DNA of 23,752 nucleotides from Promethearchaeota archaeon (GTDB taxonomy: Archaea; Asgardarchaeota; Lokiarchaeia; Sigyniarchaeales; SOKP01), in the NCBI GenBank assembly GCA_016926735.1, contig JAFGOA010000087.1, forward strand, positions 1-23,752, given 5' to 3'. A model generated the notes under the pieces. That model was not told where the DNA came from. It was given only the letters and a program-made list of their open reading frames with translations, and did no database searches. A program made the translations under genes and the position numbers. Positions 18,644-23,752 of the stretch are shown piece after piece; positions within the stretch are counted from its first letter, which is position 1, and every line of letters starts with the position of its first letter.

Positions 18644-19471
18644 TTAGGTTGAATTCTTTACATATTGCCAAATGTTTAATTCTTCTCTTAGATTTTTTGC
18701 AATTTCTAATGCTTTTTCACCAAGCATTTTTATCTCTTCAATAGTAAAGGTTGCTATCCCACTTTTTTGGATACTTGTAATCTCTTTTTCTGTGACTGAT
18801 AATGTAATTCTTCCATCACTTACTAATTCTTCTGGAAGACTTGGATCTAAGAATATAATATCGTCAATCTTTCCAAAAGTAATTGCCAACGGAAGTTCAT
18901 TTATTAATTCTTTTCCATTGAGATATTTTCCAGTCCATCTGGGTACTTCATCAACCCATTCTCCTTTTGGAATACGGGACGATATTAAAGCCGCTAAGGC
19001 ACTCACACCTCCACAATCAATCATATTTCCTCCATGATTGATCACATACATATCAACAAACAATATATAAACTGCTTTTTCTTCTTTTATACATAATTTT
19101 TGAGTTTGTACACAATCAGCATGTCTTATTCCTCTATCAACAACTCTTGCTAATTCAATTGATTCTTCATCGGGAGGACCTCTCTCGAATAAGGGGGAAG
19201 CTAAAGGTAATAATTCAGCCATAATAGTGCAAACACCTTCATTTGGTAAATCGGGAAAAGGTTCACCAATATCATATTTTACTCCTGTGATTATTCTAGT
19301 ATCACCTAAAGTAACATCAGCAGACCCTTCTGCTGAAGATATTGTATCTGTTTTAATACAAAAAGGTCTATAATCCCAAAGTCCTCTTCCATCAATTCTT
19401 TCTCCTTTCTTTAAATTGTTAGTGATATAATTCTTTTCAATTGTTGATATTACTCGTTTAATATCCATCAT
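18644..19471 (-). CDS. rrp42: exosome complex component Rrp42
   Basis: RIDGRG, AEGSA.V.LG.T, PFPD.PNEG, GPPDEESIELARVVDRGIR. Confidence 0.96.
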   Translation of the reverse strand: MMDIKRVISTIEKNYITNNLKKGERIDGRGLWDYRPFCIKTDTISSAEGSADVTLGDTRIITGVKYDIGEPFPDLPNEGVCTIMAELLPLASPLFERGPPDEESIELARVVDRGIRHADCVQTQKLCIKEEKAVYILFVDMYVINHGGNMIDCGGVSALAALISSRIPKGEWVDEVPRWTGKYLNGKELINELPLAITFGKIDDIIFLDPSLPEELVSDGRITLSVTEKEITSIQKSGIATFTIEEIKMLGEKALEIAKNLREELNIWQYVKNST

Positions 19472-19488
19472 TTTTTATTTTTACCTCT

Positions 19489-20241
19489 TTATTGTTGTAT
19501 TCCCTCTTGAATCTGAATATACTTCGATTTTAATGCATCCAATTGCATGTGGTATATTTTTTCTAAAGCATCTTTTAACATATCGAGAGACTTAGTCATT
19601 TCTTCTTGATTCATTTTTCCATCAAATTGTAATAAAGATATTTCATTATTGAACCATGTTATAGCACAAGGCATATCAGAATCACCAGCTTTATCTTCAA
19701 TTCCAGATAAATCCGTTATAAGTTGTCCATCTACTTTTCCTACAGCACATGAAGTAACTAAACTTCGCATAGGTATGCCCGCATCTGCAAGTGCTAACGC
19801 TGCAACTGTGGTACTTGCGCATCGTGTACCTCCATCAGCATCAATTACTTCAATAAATATTTCAAAACTTGTTCCAGGGTATAGTTCAAGAAATAAAACA
19901 GGTTCGAGACATTCTGAAATAATCATAGAAATTTCTTTTTCTCTTCGACCAGGAGCAGGACGTTTTCTTTCAAATACAGAATATGTAGCCATCCTATAGA
20001 ATACTCTTAAAATCCCTTTGTCAGGTTTTGCTAAATGATGAGGATGTACCTCTCTAGGACCATACACTGACGCAAATATTTTATTGTTTCCCCATTCTAT
20101 ATAGGCACTTCCATCAGCATTCTTTATTACATTAACTTCCATTTTTATTGGACGTAGGTCTGTTAAACCTCTTCCATCTAAACGTAATCCATCATCACGC
20201 AATAACTTTTTGGGATATTCATCTTGAATTAATAATGTCAT
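19489..20241 (-). CDS. rrp41: exosome complex exonuclease Rrp41
   Basis: RLDGR, ADGSAYIEWGNNK, YGPRE, RREKEIS, ADGGTRCA and catalytic ED..GDSDMP. Confidence 0.97.
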   Translation of the reverse strand: MTLLIQDEYPKKLLRDDGLRLDGRGLTDLRPIKMEVNVIKNADGSAYIEWGNNKIFASVYGPREVHPHHLAKPDKGILRVFYRMATYSVFERKRPAPGRREKEISMIISECLEPVLFLELYPGTSFEIFIEVIDADGGTRCASTTVAALALADAGIPMRSLVTSCAVGKVDGQLITDLSGIEDKAGDSDMPCAITWFNNEISLLQFDGKMNQEEMTKSLDMLKDALEKIYHMQLDALKSKYIQIQEGIQQ

Positions 20242-21029
20242 TATTTAATACCTCTTCTTTCTATTTCATTTTTTATAAATCCTTCCATTCTATCTGTTAA
20301 ACCCGTTGTATGGGCCTCATTTTCTATTTTATAAATAGCTTCAATTAATAGTCGTTCATGTTCAATATCAAAACCTTTTAACCAAATACGACCATTTTGT
20401 GCGACAAAAATATTACAATTAGTTAAATTTTTCAACATTTTTATCATAGAACCATTACGTCCTATTATTCTTGGCACTTTTTGAGAATCAATTTGTATAA
20501 TTATTCCCCCCATCTTTTTACCAAGATATTTACCAGCTAAGGTTATTTCAGGAGAATTTAATCGATCTGCTGCAATTACTTTTCCAATAATTGCATCACC
20601 TATAAAAAGCTTTTCAGGAATTTCTGATTCTCTTGAATTTCCACGCATCCTTATCTTAGGATTCCTTTTTACAGTATTTTTAATCTTAAGAATTCCTGAA
20701 TATTTTGCATTAATATCACAAACATATTTTACGGGGTTCTTATCTAAGACGATCCCGATTATTTTATCTCCAATGTGGGGGGTATAAAAACCTCTTAATG
20801 GTATTACATTAATATAATTCTTTTTAATTTGTTTCAAACCAATTATAACAGAGATAATCTTATCTCCTTTTTTATTTAAGATCGCACCTCTACCAGGTAT
20901 ATAATTTTCTGTATCATCAGTTAATACTTCACCCGGTGCAACAATTTCACGTAGAGTTTCTTCATCTTCAAACTCATCATTTTGTTCTTGCTCTTCCTCT
21001 TCTTGTTCAAGTTCTTCGTTATTTTCCAT
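20241..21029 (-). CDS. rrp4: exosome RNA-binding cap protein Rrp4 (S1+KH)
   Basis: IV.PGEVL, VIPLRG.Y.P..GD.IIG, KVPRIIGRNGSMI, QNGRIW and AHTTGLT. ATG at 21029, with an acidic N-terminal extension. Confidence 0.95.
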   Translation of the reverse strand: MENNEELEQEEEEQEQNDEFEDEETLREIVAPGEVLTDDTENYIPGRGAILNKKGDKIISVIIGLKQIKKNYINVIPLRGFYTPHIGDKIIGIVLDKNPVKYVCDINAKYSGILKIKNTVKRNPKIRMRGNSRESEIPEKLFIGDAIIGKVIAADRLNSPEITLAGKYLGKKMGGIIIQIDSQKVPRIIGRNGSMIKMLKNLTNCNIFVAQNGRIWLKGFDIEHERLLIEAIYKIENEAHTTGLTDRMEGFIKNEIERRGIK

Positions 21030-21215
21030 AAAAATACACAATCATAAAATAAATAATAATAAACAAAATTTTCTTTTTTTTTCAAACTTAAAATAATTAA
21101 TCATTGACATAATAAAATTTTAATGAAATTTGGAGTTAAGAATCAACTTTTATTTCTAAAAAATCTAAAGGAAAAAATTTTTGAGAAAATTCAAAAATTT
21201 TATTTTTTTTTTATT

Positions 21216-22007
21216 CTAAGATTTTACTAATTTTGTTTGAACTCTTCCATGAGTAAGTTTATTAAGTTTATCTATTAATTCCATTTGTAATCCTGCAGGC
21301 ATATTTACTACAGAAACCCAAGATCCATCAGATTGCCATTCTTCCTTTTTTATTTGAGCATATTGAGCCACAATATTATAACCTTTTGCTGTAAAAGATG
21401 TAGGAATTTTAATTGCCATCTCAATCTGTTCCATTTTTATTGGTAGAATACTCCTAATTTGCTTTACAATATCATCAACTTGCTCTTCAGCAGACTTCAT
21501 TAGATGTATTTTGATATTTAATTCTTCAATAGCTTTTTCTATTCTTTCAGGGGGATGTGGCTTTTTATTCTGAGGATTAATTGCATTTTTTGATATTATA
21601 TTTATAATTTTTTTGAGTTTCTTCTCAATTTCCTCTTCACGTTGTGTCTTTGTCCAATGAAATTCTCCTTCTAAAAGGATATGTGCAGCTATTTCTTTTC
21701 CGTCTGTGGTCTCAAATATTGCTTCCATATCACCATCAGTGGCTTTTTTACCTCTCTTTAAATCCTCAAATACAATAAAACTTTGAAAAATCAATTCTAA
21801 AGGTATATTAGGATCTTTTAATACTTCTTGAATAGTTAATCGAGATTTTCCTTTTCCTTCTTTTAGTCTTCTATTGATTTCTTCTCGAATATATTTGTTT
21901 ATACTCCATGCTTTATCGGGATCCATAAGCATCTCGAATATCCTACCACTTTTTTCAATTCTCCCGATAATATTATCTCCCAAATCAATTCTTGCGCGAT
22001 CAATCAT
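21216..22007 (-). CDS. sdo1: ribosome maturation factor SBDS/Sdo1
   Basis: FE.L.DP, KKGK-like/F.TTD, INPQ..KPHPPERIEKA and EEWQSDGSW motifs. Canonical position between psmA and rrp4. Confidence 0.95.
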   Translation of the reverse strand: MIDRARIDLGDNIIGRIEKSGRIFEMLMDPDKAWSINKYIREEINRRLKEGKGKSRLTIQEVLKDPNIPLELIFQSFIVFEDLKRGKKATDGDMEAIFETTDGKEIAAHILLEGEFHWTKTQREEEIEKKLKKIINIISKNAINPQNKKPHPPERIEKAIEELNIKIHLMKSAEEQVDDIVKQIRSILPIKMEQIEMAIKIPTSFTAKGYNIVAQYAQIKKEEWQSDGSWVSVVNMPAGLQMELIDKLNKLTHGRVQTKLVKS

Positions 22008-22138
22008 AGCATTAACACAATTTTTTTTTTTTTATTTTCAAGATCGATACTTTTTTTTTTTAAAACTTACTTAAATGAGCAATTATAGATAAATAATAAG
22101 TATAATATTTCAAATTATTTTTTTTTTTTGAAATATTT

Positions 22139-22858
22139 TTATATTTTACTCAATAACTCTTTCTTTTCATCATTATTTAGTAGAATGAATTGTTTTTGAT
22201 CCTTTAAAATATATGCTACATCACAGGTTTTTTCATTAAGGTTTTCATCTCCCATAATCTCTTTCAACGCTTTCAATGGTAATAACTTTAAATCATCATC
22301 ACTTATATCTTCTTTATAATTTTCTTCTAAATAGGTTCGAGCTTCATTTGCTCCAGATCCTATAGCAAATGCTCTATATCCCCATAATGCACCAGAAGGA
22401 TCTGTAAGGAATAAAGCCGTTTCACCATCAGGGTCAATGCCAGCAATTAAAAATGAAACACCAAAAGGTCTAACACCTGCATTTTGGGTATATGCTTGTA
22501 ATATTTCACATATCTCTAATGTTAATTCTTTCACATTTATTTTTTCATCATAATTTAAAAGATGAATTTGTGCTTGTACACGGCCTTTGTCAATTAAAAC
22601 ACGAGCATCAGCAGTTAATCCCGCAATAGCAACACCAATATGATTATCAATTTTAAATATCTTTTCAGAACCAATATTTTCTTGAAGATCAGAGCTTTTC
22701 TTTTCTACAGCGAATACCACAGAATTTTTATTTCTCGCACATATTGCTGTAGTTCCCCTTCTAACAGCTTCGATAGCATATTCTACTTGAAAAAGTCTTC
22801 CTTCAGGTGAAAATTGGGTGATAGCCATATCATAACCGCGTCCAGCTTGTTGGAACAT
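22139..22858 (-). CDS. psmA: 20S proteasome alpha subunit
   Basis: GYD.AIT.FSPEGRLFQVEYA, GLTADARVL, RPFGVS.LIAG, TDPSG and AIGSG. Confidence 0.97.
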   Translation of the reverse strand: MFQQAGRGYDMAITQFSPEGRLFQVEYAIEAVRRGTTAICARNKNSVVFAVEKKSSDLQENIGSEKIFKIDNHIGVAIAGLTADARVLIDKGRVQAQIHLLNYDEKINVKELTLEICEILQAYTQNAGVRPFGVSFLIAGIDPDGETALFLTDPSGALWGYRAFAIGSGANEARTYLEENYKEDISDDDLKLLPLKALKEIMGDENLNEKTCDVAYILKDQKQFILLNNDEKKELLSKI

Positions 22859-23021
22859 TTATCTTATGCACCTTTAAATTTTATTTAAGCAATATTTTCT
22901 AATTAAAAAGAATAATAATTGGTTCAATATATATTTTTTTTAAATATATTATAAAATCGTTTTAGAAAACTAAAGCTCATTTTTAGAGGATATATCATAA
23001 TTCTAAGCTTTAAAACAAAAA

Positions 23022-23405
23022 TCATTGCCATGCTATTTTATTAACAAAAATAGACCATTCCAATAAAATTAATCCTGTTTCTTGAGCAGTATGAATAATT
23101 AGATAATCCCCTTCCTTTGTGATAGATCCCGCAATATTTCCTTTTCCTCCAATTATATTTTTAGCAGCCAATTGAATATCATCATTTTTAATAATAGCAT
23201 ATCTATTACCTAAAAAATTTAATGATGGTTTTTTATTTTTCCAGGCATCTAATAATGCTTTACTCTCTTCATTAGTTATTGGAAATTCTTTTGATTTAAA
23301 AATTACTTCTCCTTCATTATTCAATAAGATTACTTCTTCTACTCCTTCATATTCATTGAGATCTTCAACGATCTGTTTAAATTTATCTACATCCATAATA
23401 ATCAC
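23022..23405 (-). CDS. second profilin-like / roadblock-profilin fold protein
   Basis: 127 aa. VILLNNEGEVI...EESKALLDAW...SLNFLGNRYAIIK.D...LAAKN..GKG matches the profilin pattern (l.f.G.kY.i..). Start may be a few codons downstream. Confidence 0.65.
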   Translation of the reverse strand: MIIMDVDKFKQIVEDLNEYEGVEEVILLNNEGEVIFKSKEFPITNEESKALLDAWKNKKPSLNFLGNRYAIIKNDDIQLAAKNIIGGKGNIAGSITKEGDYLIIHTAQETGLILLEWSIFVNKIAWQ

Positions 23406-23519
23406 AAAAAAATACTTAATTCTAATCTGAAATAATAAATCATCAATTTAAATTTTAATAATTAAAAAATTTTTTGTTCATAATAAGAACTTTAAATTAA
23501 ATAAAAAATGAGATAGATT

Positions 23520-23752
23520 ATGGTAAAAAAAATTGTATTATATGATAAAATCTATAATCTCGAGTCTTATAAAGATAAAAACGACCTTATTCATAGATAT
23601 GAAAAATATTTACTTGAATTGACTAAAGGATTTTCTGGTACTCATATTGAAATAAAAAAAAAAAGAGAATTTGACAATAGAATTGAAATATATATAGAGG
23701 GTTCTGAAGAAAAATTTGTTAGGAATATACTTAAAAAAGAAATTGGCAGCAC
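23520..23752 (+). CDS. 5' part of a conserved archaeal protein, possibly DUF2110 family (runs off window end)
   Basis: Manual translation MVKKIVLYDKIYNLESY...RIEIYIEGSEEKFVRNILKKEIGS is open to the end. The I.IEG.E..F..N.L.KE.G pattern recalls DUF2110. Confidence 0.55.
   Translation, partial: MVKKIVLYDKIYNLESYKDKNDLIHRYEKYLLELTKGFSGTHIEIKKKREFDNRIEIYIEGSEEKFVRNILKKEIGS

Noticed and set aside
16868-22074. Antisense ORFs 16868-17065, 17468-17845, 18672-19037, 19649-19999 and 21874-22074
   Set aside because: Shadows of pfp, rrp42, rrp41 and sdo1.
1-23752. tRNA/rRNA genes, CRISPR arrays, IS elements or prophage
   Set aside because: No GC-rich structured RNA islands, regularly spaced repeats, transposase, integrase or viral hallmark genes were seen.

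Overview
Very AT-rich archaeal chromosomal window whose gene content points to an Asgard archaeon (Lokiarchaeia/Promethearchaeota-like). It holds two profilin-like genes, longin/roadblock-type proteins, a longin-Arf-like GTPase fusion, a large glycosylated surface protein and a 7TM membrane protein. It also holds a four-subunit 2-oxoacid:ferredoxin oxidoreductase operon, ZPR1, a PPi-type phosphofructokinase and the conserved proteasome/exosome superoperon (psmA-SBDS-rrp4-rrp41-rrp42-rpl37ae-pcc1). Two signals are missed by the ORF track. (1) A 32-nt insertion splits the GGGD|CPGLN motif of the phosphofructokinase and folds into a bulge-helix-bulge; canonical cleavage restores the frame exactly, making it a candidate tRNA-type intron in a metabolic mRNA. 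(2) A 34-codon Ile/Leu/Val-rich leader ORF, followed at once by a hairpin/U-tract switch, lies upstream of the oxidoreductase operon, making it a candidate ribosome-dependent attenuator. I saw no tRNA, rRNA, CRISPR or mobile element. All family calls are from motif recognition by eye, not database searches.
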